DNA of 64,000 nucleotides from an uncultured Actinomycetota bacterium (lineage in GTDB: Bacteria > Actinomycetota > Thermoleophilia > RBG-16-64-13): positions 177,656 to 241,655 of the forward strand of contig CAVRJE010000023.1 of the NCBI GenBank assembly GCA_963721365.1. Reading direction: 5' to 3'. This document shows, piece by piece, positions 49,415 to 60,184 of this stretch. How positions within the stretch are numbered: the stretch's first letter is position 1; every line of letters begins with the position of its first letter. The position numbers and the translations under genes were made by a program. Below the pieces are notes generated by a model. That model worked only from the letters and a program-made list of their open reading frames with translations. It searched no databases and was not told the origin of the DNA.

Positions 49415-52400
49415 CTAGGCCCCCTTCGCTACCGTCAGTCTTCTGGAAAGGATGCGGGAGGTGCCGTCGCTCTCAAGCGTCACGCCGTACAGCGTGTCCG
49501 CCACCTCCATGGTCTGCCGCTGGTGCGTGATGATGATGAACTGCGTCTTGTCCCGGTACCTCCTCACGAGCGAGAGGAAACGGCGGATGTTGATGTCGTC
49601 GAGCGAGGCTTCCACCTCGTCCAGGATGTAGAACGGACAGGGCCGGGCCAGGAAGAGCGAGAACAGGAAGGCGATGGCGGTCATGGCCTTCTCGCCCCCG
49701 GACAGCAGAGTCAGGCTCCGCGGCGACTTGTTGGCGAACTTGACCTCCAGACCGATCCCCCGGACCGGCGGCTTGGCCTCCTCGCCCAGGACCTCTTCCA
49801 GTTCCGCCCGCCGTCCCGTCCTCCGGGCGCCCGGAAGCCGCGCGTGCCCTCCACCAGCTTGAGGCTGCCCTTCGCGCCGGGGAAGACGGTGGCGATGACT
49901 GCGGAGAAGTTCTCCTTGACCGTCTCGAAGATATCGCCGAACGAGGTCTCGATGTGCTGCGTCGAGGTCGGAGACCACCTCTTGAAGCTGCGTGAGCGAC
50001 GCCTCCAGATCGCGCCTCTGCTCGGCCAGGAAGGCCGCCCGCTCCTCCAGTTCCGCGCACTCCTGCTCGGCCAGCGGGTTGACCGGGCCCATCCGGTCCA
50101 CGCGGCGGGCCGCCCGTTCCTCGGCCGCCTCCAGCAGCTCGAGGTTCTCGCCCGCCACGTCGGCCGCGATCAGCGAGCGCGGCGTCAGGTGCTTGCGCCG
50201 CAAGTCCGCCAGCTCGTCTTCCACAAGCGTGCGCCGGTCCTCCTGCCGGGCCCTGTCGACCTGCAGTTCGTGCCAGCCGGGCGCCCATCGCCTCGTACTC
50301 TTGCTGCAGCCCGGTCTCGGAACCTGCGGTGTCGCGCATGAGGCGCGCGGCGCCTTCGGCCGCCGCGCGCGCGTCTTCCAGCCGGACCTCGAAGGCCGCC
50401 TTCACCACGCGGCTGTGCTCGGCCAGCCGTTCCAGCAAGGTCAGCAACTCCGCGAGCAGCGGAAGGTAGCGCTCGAGGAAGCCGGTGCGCCGCTCCCACC
50501 GGTCGGCCGCCATCACCGCCGCGTCTCTTTGACCGCCCACGCGCTCTCGCTCGCCCTCCCGGGCGCGGCAGCGCTCCCGCAGCCTCACCTCCACCAGCCG
50601 GCCTGGGCCTTCTTCTGCTCGAGCGTGGTGACCGTCTCGCGCAGCCGCTCCAGCCGGCCCTGCATGGCGCGCAGTTCGGCGCGGGCCGCATCCAGCTCGG
50701 CCTCGCTGCCCCGCGATCTTCTCCTCCACCTCCGCCAAGTCGGCCGCCATCTTTTCGGCCAAGCCGCTCTCCCTCTCTTCGCGGGCGCGCAGCTCATCCG
50801 CCTGGACGCCGCGCCTCTTCGAGGCGCCGTCCGCAGAGGTCGTTGTCGTTCCTGTGCCCGACGAGGGTGCGCTGAGCTTCGCTCACCCGTTCCTGCGCCT
50901 CGCGGACGACGATCTCCGCCCGCTCCAGACCGGCCGCCGCTTCGCGGCGGCGACCTGAGCCTCCTCGCGCGCCTGCAGCATAGCGACCCGTTCGGCCGCC
51001 ACCGCCTGCAGTTCGTTGCGGGCCCGCAGAAGGGTCTCCACGCCCACCTCCCGGCGGCGGGCCACATGGACGCCGCCCTGAAGCATCTCTCCTCTGCGGT
51101 TCACCAGCCGGTAGGGTCCCTGGCTCGCGGCCACGTCGGCAACGCTCAGCCGAACATCGTCCACTACGACGGCCGTGGCAGGCACGAGACTGCGCAACGC
51201 GCCGATGACCCGGGCCGGGCCGCAGACGAGTTCCCACAGATCCCTGGTGCCGGCCGGGGCCGCCCCCTTCGCTTCACCGAGCGGTCGCTCCCCGTCCACC
51301 ACGATCGCCTCGAGGACGTCGTCGCCCTCGAGGACAAGCCGGAGATCGTCCGGCGCCCCGAGCACGACGGCCTGCGCCAGAGGCCCCAGCGCGGCCGCCA
51401 CGGCCCGCTCGTAGCCGGCTTCGACCGCGACCACCTCCGCCAGCAGGTGGCACGCCTTCGCTGCGCGCCATCAGGTCCCGCGCGCCGGCCGGCGTGCCTT
51501 CGCGGCGCGCCACCAGATCCTCGAGAACGGCCTGCCGGGCTTCGATACCGCTCAGCGCCTCCAGGATCGAAGCCTCCCGCCTGGCCGTCTCGGAGCTTCT
51601 CGTCCGCGCGGTCTCCCGGGCCGCCGTCGCGGCCCGCATCTGCGCCTCGGCCGTCTCGCACCGCCTCTTCCCCTGCCCGCAACTCTTCCTCGTGCCCGGC
51701 CGCTTCCGCCTCCAGCGCAGCCATCCGGCCGCTGGATCTCCTCGATGAGCGAGTGCAGCTCCCGGTCGATCCTTTGCCGCGCCTCGATCTCCCGGCGCAG
51801 GAACTCGCGGTCTTGCAGGGCCCGGGCCCGCGTGCACTCCATCTCGAAGGCCGCGTCCTTCAACTCGTCCTCGGCGGCGGCGGCGGCGCGGAACTCAGCC
51901 ACTCCGCCCTCCAGAGCGGCGCGCAGAGCTTGCCTCCACCGGCCGACTCGTTCGAGCCGGCTCTCGTCGGCGGTGCGGGCGGTCACCTCGGCCAGGCGCC
52001 GCCCCAGCGACTCCACATCGGCTCGCGCGGTCTCCCGGCGCCGGCGCGCGCGGTCCAGGTCCGCCTCGATGCGCGCCACGCGCTGGCGGAGCGACGTGGC
52101 TTTGCCCTGGATCTGCTCGGCCTCCACGGCCAGCCGGTGGTAGACGGCGCCGACCTGCTCCCTCTCCTGGAGCCCGGACGGCGAACCGGTCCTCCTCGGC
52201 GGCCCTCTCCCGGCGCAGTCCGGCCAGCTCGGCCTCGATGCCGGCGCGCGCTCGTTCCAACGCCTGCAGTTCGGACTCGGTCTGGCCCGACGCCTCCTGC
52301 ACCGCCACGGCCTGCGCCAACAAGAAGCGGCCCTTGGCCAGGGCCCACTCCTCCTTGGCGTCCGCGAAACGGCCGGCGGCCGCCGCCTGCTGGCGCAGGG

Positions 52401-53022
52401 GCCGGAGGGCGCTCTTGACCTCGCGTTCGATGTCGGCCATGCGCACCAGGTTCTGCCGGGTCTTCTCGAGCTTGACCTGCGCGCGCTCTCTCCTCTTCTT
52501 GAACCTGCCCAGTCCGGCCGCCTCTTCCACCATGGCCCGCCGGGCCTCTGGCGTGGAGTTGAGCAGCGCCTCGACCTTGCCCTGGCTGATGACGCTGTGC
52601 ATCTCCCGGCCGATGCCCAGACCTCCCACCAGGTCCTGCACATCCAGCAGCCGGCAGGCGCTGCCGTTCACCCGGTACTCCGACCCGCTTTCCCGCTCCA
52701 GCCGCCGGGTGAGCTCCACCTGGCCGGCATCGATCGGCATGGCCCCCTGCTCGTTGTCGAAGACCAGGCTCACCTCGGCCACGGCGCTCGAACGGCGCCC
52801 GTCGGGACCGGAGAAGATGACGTCCTGCATGCTGCGTCCGCGCAGGTTGCCGGGACTCTGCTCGCCCAGCACCCAGAGCACGGCGTCGGCGATGTTGCTC
52901 TTGCCGCTGCCGTTGGGCCCGATGATGACGGTCACGCCCGGCTCGAACGCCAGTTCGGTCGGCTTTGCGAACGTCTTGAACCCCCGCAGCCGAACCGAAA
53001 GGAGCCGGGGCATCTCAGCCAT
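49415..53022 (-). pseudogene. smc: Chromosome partition protein Smc, at least 10 frame changes as assembled
   Basis: The head N-terminal part is in ORF 51895..53022 (LRGFKTFAKPTELAFEPGVTVIIGPNGSGKSNIADA). The coiled coils are spread over ORFs 51552..52643, 51164..51724, 51274..51837, 50794..51237, 50585..51067 and 49473..50762. The hinge is in ORF 50883..51434 (VAVEAGYERAVAAALGP). The head C-terminal part is in ORF 49415..50224 (LSGGEKAMTAIAFLFSLF, FYILDEVEASLD). Confidence 0.85.
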
Positions 53023-53040
53023 CGGGGACCGCCGCTGAGG

Positions 53041-53755
53041 TCAGGGGCTGGGGCCGAGGCGGAAGAGCGCCCGCTGGCTCCGGAGCGAGGCCAGAGCCTC
53101 CTGGGCCGCCGCCTGCTCGCTCATCTTTATGGTCGTCCCCACTCCCCGGCCGCGCACCGCGCCATCGATCACAACCTCCGAGGTGAAGATGCGGGCATGC
53201 GCTGGCCCGGTCTCTTCGACCAGACGGTATACGGGCTGCGTCCCGCGGGGAGCGAGCAGTTCCTGCAGCGCCGTCTTGTGGTCGACGTGGGCGGTGGCTG
53301 CATAGTCCATCTGCTCCTCGAACACCGCGACGATGGCCGGCCGCGCACGTTCGAAGCCGTGCTCGAGGTAGACGGCGCCGATGAGAGCCTCCAGCACGTC
53401 TCCAAGCATGCTGGGGCTTCGCACCGCGTCACGGCGCCTGCGCTCGGAAGCCGGGGCATGTTCGAGAACGAGAGACGCCAGGCCCATCCTCTCCGCCACC
53501 TGCACGCAACTCGCCCGGCTGACGACGAAGGCCTTCAGACGGGCGAGGCCGCCTTCTTCCCGGTCTGGAAAACGGCTCGTAGAGCACCGACGCGATGGCC
53601 AGGCCGAGTACGCTGTCCCCGAGGAATTCGAGGCGCTCGTACGATCCGGTGCGCTCACCCACCCATGACGAATGGGTCAGGGCGCGTTGCAGAAGCTCGG
53701 GGAGAGCGACCCCACGAGGTCCATCAGCGTCTCGCGGGCCTGGGTTCAACGGCAT
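53041..53755 (-). pseudogene. rnc: Ribonuclease III, one frameshift as assembled
   Basis: The N-terminal part is in ORF 53429..53755 ([11 protein letters not shown]...[20 protein letters not shown]). The rest is in ORF 53041..53658 ([18 protein letters not shown]...GDVLEALIGAVYL, plus a dsRBD). The junction is at 53575-53585, next to C2/T4 runs. Confidence 0.87.
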
Positions 53756-53804
53756 CGCCGGCCGGCTGCTCAGCAGGGGCGCCTACCAGCCGCCGGAAAG
53801 AGGC

Positions 53805-53836
53805 GGGGACTGCCCGCAGCAGCGCCGGCAGTCCCC
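53805..53836 (-). terminator. GC-rich stem-loop downstream of acpP (possible partial terminator)
   Basis: GGGGACTGCC (53805..53814) pairs with GGCAGTCCCC (53827..53836), a 10-bp stem. The downstream U-tract is weak (CUCUUUCC). Confidence 0.35.
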
Positions 53837-53865
53837 GCATCGCAGTCCTCTCCTCAGGACGGATG

Positions 53866-54105
53866 CTAGCTACGGGCGGCGATGAAGTCGACGGCGTCGC
53901 CGACCGTGGTCAGTCCCTGGGCCTCTTCGTCCGAGATCTTGATGCCGAACTGGTCTTCCAGCTCCATGATCAGTTCGACCAGATCGAGGCTGTCGAGCTG
54001 AAGGTCGTCCTGGAACGTGGCGTCCAGCGTCACCTTGGCGGGATCCGCGTCGACCTGGTCGACCAGGATGTCGCGCAATTTGGCGAGGATCTCGTCTTTG
54101 CTCAT
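53866..54105 (-). CDS. acpP: Acyl carrier protein
   Basis: ORF 53866..54105, with the phosphopantetheine site [16 protein letters not shown]. The RBS is GGTAAGGAG, and a TACAAT -10-like hexamer lies at 54163..54168 on the minus strand. Confidence 0.95.
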   Translation of the reverse strand: MSKDEILAKLRDILVDQVDADPAKVTLDATFQDDLQLDSLDLVELIMELEDQFGIKISDEEAQGLTTVGDAVDFIAARS

Positions 54106-54265
54106 GTGTTGCTCCTTACCGAAATCAGGGACGATCGCCGCGCCCTACTTCGCGACGCCGCCATTGTATCAACGAGGTTCAAGAAGCGGCAGAGGCCCGT
54201 GGCGTCTGAGCCGCCAGCGGACGAGTCGACGGCAGGGGTCGCCGGCCTCCTGGACCGACCCGGCG

Positions 54266-55277
54266 TCATCCCACACGCTCCAGCTCGCCACGCACCGCGG
54301 GCAGGATCCCCTTGCGCAGCGCCTCGGCTCCGAACAGCAGCGCGTTGGCGATCGCCCGGCGCGACGAGTTGCCGTGGCAGATGACCACCAGCCCGCGCAC
54401 CCCCAGCAGGCAGGCACCGCCCACCTCCTCGGGGTCGAGCGCCGAGCGCAGCCCCCGCAGGGCCGGCCTGCAGCAGCATCCCGCCCGATCTTGGCCCGCG
54501 TCGCCGCTCTGGGCTGCGGCTCTTGATGCGCGTGAAGAACGACGAGGCGCACCCCTCGAGCAGCTTCAGACGCCACGTTGCCGGTGAAGCCGTCGGTGAC
54601 CACCACGTCGGCGACGATTGCGCAGCAGGTCGCGCCCCTCGACGTTGCCCACGAAGTTGAGCCCCGACTCGCGCAGGAGCTCGTGCGCCGACCGGGCCAA
54701 CTCGCTGCCCTTGCTCTCCTCTTCGCCGATGTTCAGCAACCCCACGCGAGGTTCGGGGCCAGCCCGAGGACCGTCCGCGCATACGCCGACTCCCAGCACG
54801 CCGAACTCCAGGAGATGCTCGGGCCGGCAGTCCGCGTTGGCTCCGGCGTCGAGCAGAAGCACCGGGCCCATCCAGCCCGGGCAACGTGGTCACGATGGCC
54901 GGCCTGCGGATGCCGCTCAGCCGCTTGACCACCAGCAGCGCCGCCGCCAGCATGGCCCCAGTGTTGCCCGCCGAGACGAAGCCCTGCGAGCGGCCTTCGG
55001 CCACCGTGCGCGCCCCGACCACGATCGAGGAGTCGGTCATGGACTTCACCGCCCCGGCCGGTTCGTCGTGGAAGGTGATCACCGTGGCGCTGGGAACCAC
55101 TTCGATGTACGGGTGGTCAGAAGAGCCAAGGAGCGGCTCGACTATCTCGGGCCGCCCCACCAGCAGCACGTGCAAATCAGGGGAGGCGGCCAGCAGCGCG
55201 CCGGCGACTATCTCTCCGGGAGCGTTGTCGCCTCCCTCGGCGTCGAGCGTCAGCGTCACCGGGCCCTGTTGAGCCAT
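54266..55277 (-). pseudogene. plsX: Phosphate acyltransferase PlsX, at least 6 frame changes as assembled
   Basis: The N-terminal part is in ORF 54102..55277 (VTLTLDAEGGDNAPGEIVAGA...FVSAGNTGAMLAAAL). Further pieces: LLLDAGANADCRPEHLLEFG and RVGLLNIGEEESKG (ORF 54566..54871), VVTDGFTGNVA (ORF 54169..54606), and CHGNSSRRAIANAL. The best C-terminus is GILPAVRGELERVG, with a stop at 54266. Confidence 0.8.
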
Positions 55278-55377
55278 GGGCGATGCGATCGACGTTCAAC
55301 CTGGGTCTCCTTGGTCGGAGGCATGGAGGCGGACATGAAGAATGTCTCACAAAGGGCCGCGGACGGGAAGCAGCGAA

Positions 55378-55406
55378 TGAATAGCGAAAGATACTTGCCT
55401 TACCAA
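55378..55406 (-). promoter_or_regulatory. Candidate plsX promoter (divergent from the sigma-factor promoters)
   Basis: On the minus strand: TTGGTA (55406..55401), a 17-nt spacer, then TATTCA (55383..55378). Confidence 0.35.
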
Positions 55407-55424
55407 TGATTTAGCGGCTATAAT
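55395..55424 (+). promoter_or_regulatory. Sigma-factor gene promoter P1
   Basis: TTGCCT (55395..55400), an 18-nt spacer, then TATAAT (55419..55424), within a locally AT-rich intergenic region. Confidence 0.5.
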
Positions 55425-55453
55425 CGATGAAGGGTACAGGTCCGAGGCAGGGA

Positions 55454-55482
55454 TTGACGACAGAGCGAGAAACGAGTATTAT
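55454..55482 (+). promoter_or_regulatory. Sigma-factor gene promoter P2
   Basis: TTGACG (55454..55459), a 17-nt spacer, then TATTAT (55477..55482). Immediately followed by the hairpin TTGCGG-tttgcg-CCGCAA. Confidence 0.55.
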
Positions 55483-55552
55483 GTTGCGGTTTGCGCCGCA
55501 AGATGGTATAGAAAGAGAAAGCGTTAGTCTTTCACTAGGATAGCAGGGAACC

Positions 55553-56642
55553 GTGCACAAAGATAGCTGATACATCCACCTTCGAGGGCCGCCGCATCGT
55601 CGACGTCCAGGACCTCCTGCTCGCCGGCCAGGACCGCGGCTACGTCACCAGCGACGAGATCATGGCTCTTGTCGAAGACTACGACATGACCATGGAGGAG
55701 ATCGAGGATCTCTACTCGCAGCTCTTCGATCAGTCCATCGAGATCTACGAGCAGAGCCCGGTAAGCCAGGGCGTCCTCGAGCCCACCGAGCCTACCCTCG
55801 ATCTCTCCATCCAGACCGTCACCCACGACCCGCTTCGCCTCTACCTCAAGGAAGCCGGGGAGATCCCCCTGCTCACCAAGGACGAGGAGATCGAGCTGGC
55901 CAAGCGCATCGAGGCCGGCGACAAGCGGGCCAAGGACCGCATGATCCAGTCGAACCTCCGCCTGGTCATCTCCATCGCCAAGAACTACTACACCCAGGAC
56001 ATGGACCTGCTCGACCTCATCCAGGAGGGCAACACCGGCCTCATCCGCGCCGTGGAGAAGTTCGACTACCGCAAGGGCTACAAGTTCTCCACGTACGCCA
56101 CGTGGTGGATCCGCCAGGCCATCACCCGGGCCATCGCCAACCAGGACCGCAACATCCGCATCCCGGTGCACATGATCGAGAAGATCAACAAGATGGTGCG
56201 CACCGAGCGCAAGCTGCTCCAGGAGACGGGCAAAGAGCCCAACGACGACGAGCTGGCCTTCGAGCTCGGCATCGATCCGCAGGAAGTGCAGGAGATGCGC
56301 AAGATCGCGCAGCGCACCACCTCGCTCGAGACCCCCATCGGCGACGAGGAAGACGCGGAACTGGGCGATTTCATCGAGAACTCCAGCACGCCCGACCCGG
56401 CCGACGTGGTCTCCAGCATCATCGCCAAGGAGAGCCTCGACCGGGTGCTCAAGGCCATGGACGAGCGCGAGCGCAAAGTGGTCGAGCTGCGGTTCGGCCT
56501 CAAGGGCGAGCATCCGCGCACGCTGGCCGAGGTCAGCTCCCGCTTCAACGTCAGCCGCGAGCGCATCCGCCAGATCGAAGCCAAGGCCCTCGAGCAGATC
56601 AAGGCCTCGGAGGAGATCCAGGCCATGAGGGAGTCGGCCTAA
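55553..56642 (+). CDS. RpoD/SigA-family (group 1/2) sigma-70 factor. The 5-prime end is probably frameshifted.
   Basis: ORF 55662..56642: [54 protein letters not shown]. The in-frame upstream sequence 55539..55661 encodes a region-1.1-like segment [22 protein letters not shown] but contains no start codon. GTG 55553 is one frame off. Confidence 0.85.
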
Positions 56643-56654
56643 GCAGCCTCTGGC

Positions 56655-57891
56655 CTACGCCGGCAGCGGGGTCTCCCCTCTGCGGGCGCGTACAGCGAGG
56701 GCGACGTTGTCGAGGATGAGCTCGGCGATGGTCTCCTTGGGCGCCTTGTCGAGGAGGACTTCGGAATCGCGGGCAAGGACTCGCACCTCGTTGAAATCGG
56801 AATCGAACCCGATGTCGGTGCGCGAGATGTCGTTGAAGACGATCATGTCGAGCTTCTTGCGCTCCATCTTGCCGCGCGCCCGGTCGAGACCTTCCAGCCC
56901 GTACTCCGCCGCGAAGCCCGACCAGGAACTGGCCCTTGTGGTGCGCCGCCACGTCGCAGAGGATGTCGGGGGTGGCCGCCAGGTCGATGCACCACTCGTC
57001 CCGGCCCTTGCCTATCTTGCCTCCCGCCGGCCCGTCGGCCACCCGGTAGTCGGCCACGGCTGCCGCCATGATGAGGATGTCGATGTCGGGCAGCCGCTTC
57101 ATGACCTCGGCGTGCATCTCTGCGGCGGTCGAAGCCTCGATCTGCCGCACTCCCGGCACCGCGGGCATGTCGACGTTGGCCTGGATGAGCTCGACGTGCG
57201 CGCCCCGGTCGAAGGCTGCGCGGGCCAGAGCGAACCCCATCTTGCCCGAACTCCGGTTGCCGATGAAGCGGACGGCGTCGATCGGCTCGCGCGTACCTCC
57301 CGCGGTGATCAACACCCGCAGGCCGCGCAGGTCGCGCTTGCGCTGCACCTGCAGCCGCAGTTTGACCTCGGCGACGATGCTGTCGGGGTCGGCCATGCGC
57401 CCGGAGCCGTAGACGCCGCACGCCAGCTCGCCGGCGCCCGGCTCCACCACGAAGACTCCGCGCTCGCGAAGCAGCAGCACGTTGCGCTGGGTGGCCGGGT
57501 GCTCCCACATGTTGGTGTTCATCGCAGGAGCGACCACCACGGTCTTGGCGAAGGCAAGGTAGATGGAGCTGAGCAGGTTGTCGGCGATGCCGTTGGCCAT
57601 CTTGGCCAGGGTGTTGGCCGTCGCCGGCGCCACCACCATGATGTCGGCCTGTTGGCTGTCGTCGATGTGGGTGATCCGCGACTCGGGCGTGAGTTCGCTG
57701 ATCTCGTCCAGCCGGACGGGATGGGCGGAGAGCGTCTCGAAGGTCATCGGCCCGACGAAGCGGGTCGCCGCTCGAGTCATGACCACCCGCACGTCCATGC
57801 CTGCCTTCTGCAGGCCGCGCAGCAACTCTGCGGCTTTGTAAGCGGCGATACCCCCCGTTACCCCCAGGAGTACGACGGGTCGGTCGGCCAT
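56655..57891 (-). pseudogene. coaBC: Bifunctional phosphopantothenoylcysteine decarboxylase/synthetase CoaBC, one frameshift as assembled
   Basis: ORF 56599..57891 (LLGVTGGIAAYKAAELLR, PAMNTNMWEHPATQ, ITAGGTREPIDAVRFIGNRSSGKMG) extends as far as ...HHKGQFLVG. From about 56925 the sequence reads AAEYGLEGLDRARGKMERKKLDMIVFNDIS..., in the frame of ORF 56655..56867. Confidence 0.87.
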
Positions 57892-57913
57892 GAAGCGCTC
57901 CTTGCGGCGAAGC

Positions 57914-58183
57914 CTACCGGTTGGTGCGCAGCTTGTAGGCGATCTCGCCTCTGGCCGCTTCGGCCATGGCGATGCTCAGATAGTTCTTCGTGAAATTGGC
58001 GACCGGCGGGGGCGCGAACGCGTCAAGGCCGCCCCCCTCGCCCAGGCTGTGGTAGTACGAGTTGATCTGGCGGGCCCGCTTGGCCGTGACCATGACCGCC
58101 GTGTAGCGGTTGGGCTCCTCGATGTCGCCCTCTCGCGCGCTGGCAAGACCTTCGAGGACCTCGTCGACTGTCGGTTTATCCAT
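57914..58183 (-). CDS. rpoZ: DNA-directed RNA polymerase subunit omega
   Basis: ORF 57914..58183: NRYTAVMVTAKRARQIN. Confidence 0.92.
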   Translation of the reverse strand: MDKPTVDEVLEGLASAREGDIEEPNRYTAVMVTAKRARQINSYYHSLGEGGGLDAFAPPPVANFTKNYLSIAMAEAARGEIAYKLRTNR

Positions 58184-58795
58184 TCCCGTCCTTGGTCATC
58201 CGGATGATTCCGGCAAGCTCGCCGCTCGCCTCCCTGATACTTTCATTTACTATAACATAGTCGAATTGCCGGGGCGCCCGCCACACCCCGTTCAACACGG
58301 CCTCCATCTCTTCCTTACCCCTGGCCAGACGGCGCTCGATCGACCCCGGGTCCTCGGTCTTCCGCGCCTCCAGCCTGCGCCTCAGCTCCTCGAACGATCG
58401 GGGGCGTGATAAAGATCATCAGGGCGTCCGGACGCTTCTCGAGCACCTGCGCGGGCACCCTCGAGTTCGATCTCGAGGATCACGTCGCGCCCGGCCTGCG
58501 AGGTTCTGGTCGACCGCCTTCTTGGGAGTCCCGTAGAAGTGGCCCGCGAAGCGGGCCCACTCGAGAAAGTCCTCTCGCTCGATGCTCTTCTCGAACTCGT
58601 CCACGGTCAGGAAGAAGTAGTCGCGGCCTTCCACCTCGCTCGGCCGTCGGGGACGAGTGGTGGCCGAGACGGACAGCACGAGATCGGGAAACAGCGGCAG
58701 CACGTTCCGGATGAGGGTGCCCTTACCCGCGCCGGAGGGACCGGAGATGACGATGAGTCTGGGGATGACCGCTCCTAGAGAGAAGAGCCGGTCAA
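58176..58795 (-). pseudogene. gmk: Guanylate kinase, at least 4 frame changes as assembled, with no in-frame start for the P-loop segment
   Basis: The P-loop IVISGPSGAGKGTLIRN continues into ORF 58419..58703 (SVSATTRPRRPSEVEGRDYFF). Later pieces lie in other frames: DVILEIELEGAR, QVLEKRPDALMIFITPP, SFEELRRRLEARKTEDP...YVIVNE. The stop TAA is at 58176..58178, overlapping the rpoZ start by 8 nt. A possible TTG start at 58795 is one frame off. Confidence 0.75.
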
Positions 58796-59133
58796 CTGCT
58801 CAGCATGTCGAGCAGTTCCTTGCGCTGGCGAGGCGTGAGGCCGTTGACCGTCTTGGACGAGCTGACCCGGCACCGTTCCAGTAGCTTGTTGGCCTTGACA
58901 CGCCCGTACTTGGGGACGGCCAAGACGAGATCGAGGACCTTCGCCGTGGCTACGCAGGGGGGCGGATCGGACAGGACATCAGCGATGGCGACGTCGCCAT
59001 TGCGCAGCGCTTCCTTGATCCGTGCTCTCTCCGACCGGATGTCGTTGGCTCTGCGCAGCGCGTCCATTCGCTGCTGCTGACTGCGTTCCGGAGTCTGCGG
59101 CACTATGCTCGTTGGCTGGTTCACAGGCGCCAT
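58792..59133 (-). CDS. mihF: Actinobacterial-type integration host factor mIHF
   Basis: The last 113 codons of ORF 58792..59679: TPERSQQQRMDALRRANDIRSERARIKEALRNGDVAIADVL...VPKYGRVKANKLLERCRVSSSKTVNGLTPRQRKELL. The start is ATG 59133. Confidence 0.85.
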   Translation of the reverse strand: MAPVNQPTSIVPQTPERSQQQRMDALRRANDIRSERARIKEALRNGDVAIADVLSDPPPCVATAKVLDLVLAVPKYGRVKANKLLERCRVSSSKTVNGLTPRQRKELLDMLSS

Positions 59134-59212
59134 TATACACACGAGGTTTCCGGACGCAACACGGTTTTCGGACGATGTGTAGAGAGCTCGCCGGTGCGCT
59201 CCGGGACGCGTC

Positions 59213-60184
59213 TCAGCAGGGAGAATGGGCCTGGCCGCGGAGAACGCCGAGCGTGAGGCTACGCTCCTCGAGGGCCTGCTCAGCTCTCTGGCCAGCCTCG
59301 CGCCGAGGCCGGGCTCGCGAAACGCGGCGGACCCCACCGCCACCACCTGGGCACCGCAGGAGATGAACTCGAGGACATCCTGCGCAGTCGCCACGCCGCC
59401 CATCCCGACGATCGGCACCGTCACGCTTTCGAACAGGTCGTAGACGGCGCGAAGAGCCAGAGGCTTGATGGCCGGACCGGATAGCCCCCCTGTGACGTTG
59501 CCCAGATAGGGCCTGAGGGTGCTACGGTCGATGACCAGCCCTTTGTACGTGTTCACCGCGGCGATGGCGTCGGCGCCCGCCGCTTCGGCCGCCCGGCCTA
59601 TGGCGGCGATGTCGGTGACGTTCGGAGTGAGCTTCGCCACGAGGAGACCGGGCCACACTCGTCTGACGGCTGCGACCACCGGCCTCGGTCTCCCCCGGGT
59701 CGCTGCCTATCGACACACACCCGGTGTGGACGTTGGGGCAGGAGATGTTCAGTTCGAGCCCGGCCTTCGCTGGCCAGACATCCCCCAGGGCGTCGTCGAG
59801 AGCGTCACGGAGGCCCAAGGCCAGCGTCACGTATTCCTCGACCGAGAACCCGCCCACGCTCAGGATCAACGGGCACGGCAACTGCAGAAGACGCGGAAGA
59901 CGGTGACGGATGAAGGCCTCGAGACCCTCCCCGGACAGCCCGATAGCGTTGATCATGCCCGCCGGGCGTCTCCAGGATGCGCGGCGGCCGGTTGCCGGTC
60001 CGCGCGTCCACGGTGATGGTCTTGGGCACGTAGGCGGCGACGGGTGGACGGTCGAGGATCTCCCGGACCGAGGACCTCCGCCAGGTCGAAGATCTCCATG
60101 GTGCCGGACGCGTTGATGAGGGGGTGCCGAGTCGGAGCGGGCCAAGGTCGGACCGACAGGTCTGGAGCTTCGTTCAGGCTTCAC
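59213..60184 (-). pseudogene. pyrD: Dihydroorotate dehydrogenase, class 1B catalytic subunit, at least 5 frame changes as assembled
   Basis: Pieces:
- DLSVRP..HPLINASGT (unlisted frame)
- VPKTITVDARTGNRPPRILETP (ORF 59805..60029)
- GMINAIGLSGEGLEAF...LELNISCPNVH (ORF 59522..60511)
- LVAKLTPNVTDI...NTYKG...GGLSGPAIKPLALR...VGMGGV (ORF 58792..59679)
The best C-terminus is LSRALEERSLTLGVLRGQAHSPC, with a stop at 59213. GTG 60184 forms a GTGA overlap with the pyrK stop. Confidence 0.78.

Noticed and set aside
49992-52418. 808-aa plus-strand ORF, plus similar long plus-strand ORFs at 10440..12401, 19664..21562, 31409..33346, 52597..54384 and 60295..61923
   Set aside because: All lie antisense to conserved minus-strand genes (smc, pnp, infB, pyrH/tsf, rnc/acpP/plsX, pyrK/carB). 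They are Arg/Gly/Pro/His-rich low-complexity translations without motifs. They are high-GC stop-codon-poor shadow frames.
55524-56513. 329-aa minus-strand ORF covering the sigma-factor gene
   Set aside because: It is exactly antisense to a well-conserved sigma-70 gene. Its sequence (L/D/E/H/G/V-rich, e.g. ...[25 protein letters not shown]...) is the mirror of the sense codon bias, and I recognise no domain. This is a shadow ORF typical of high-GC DNA.
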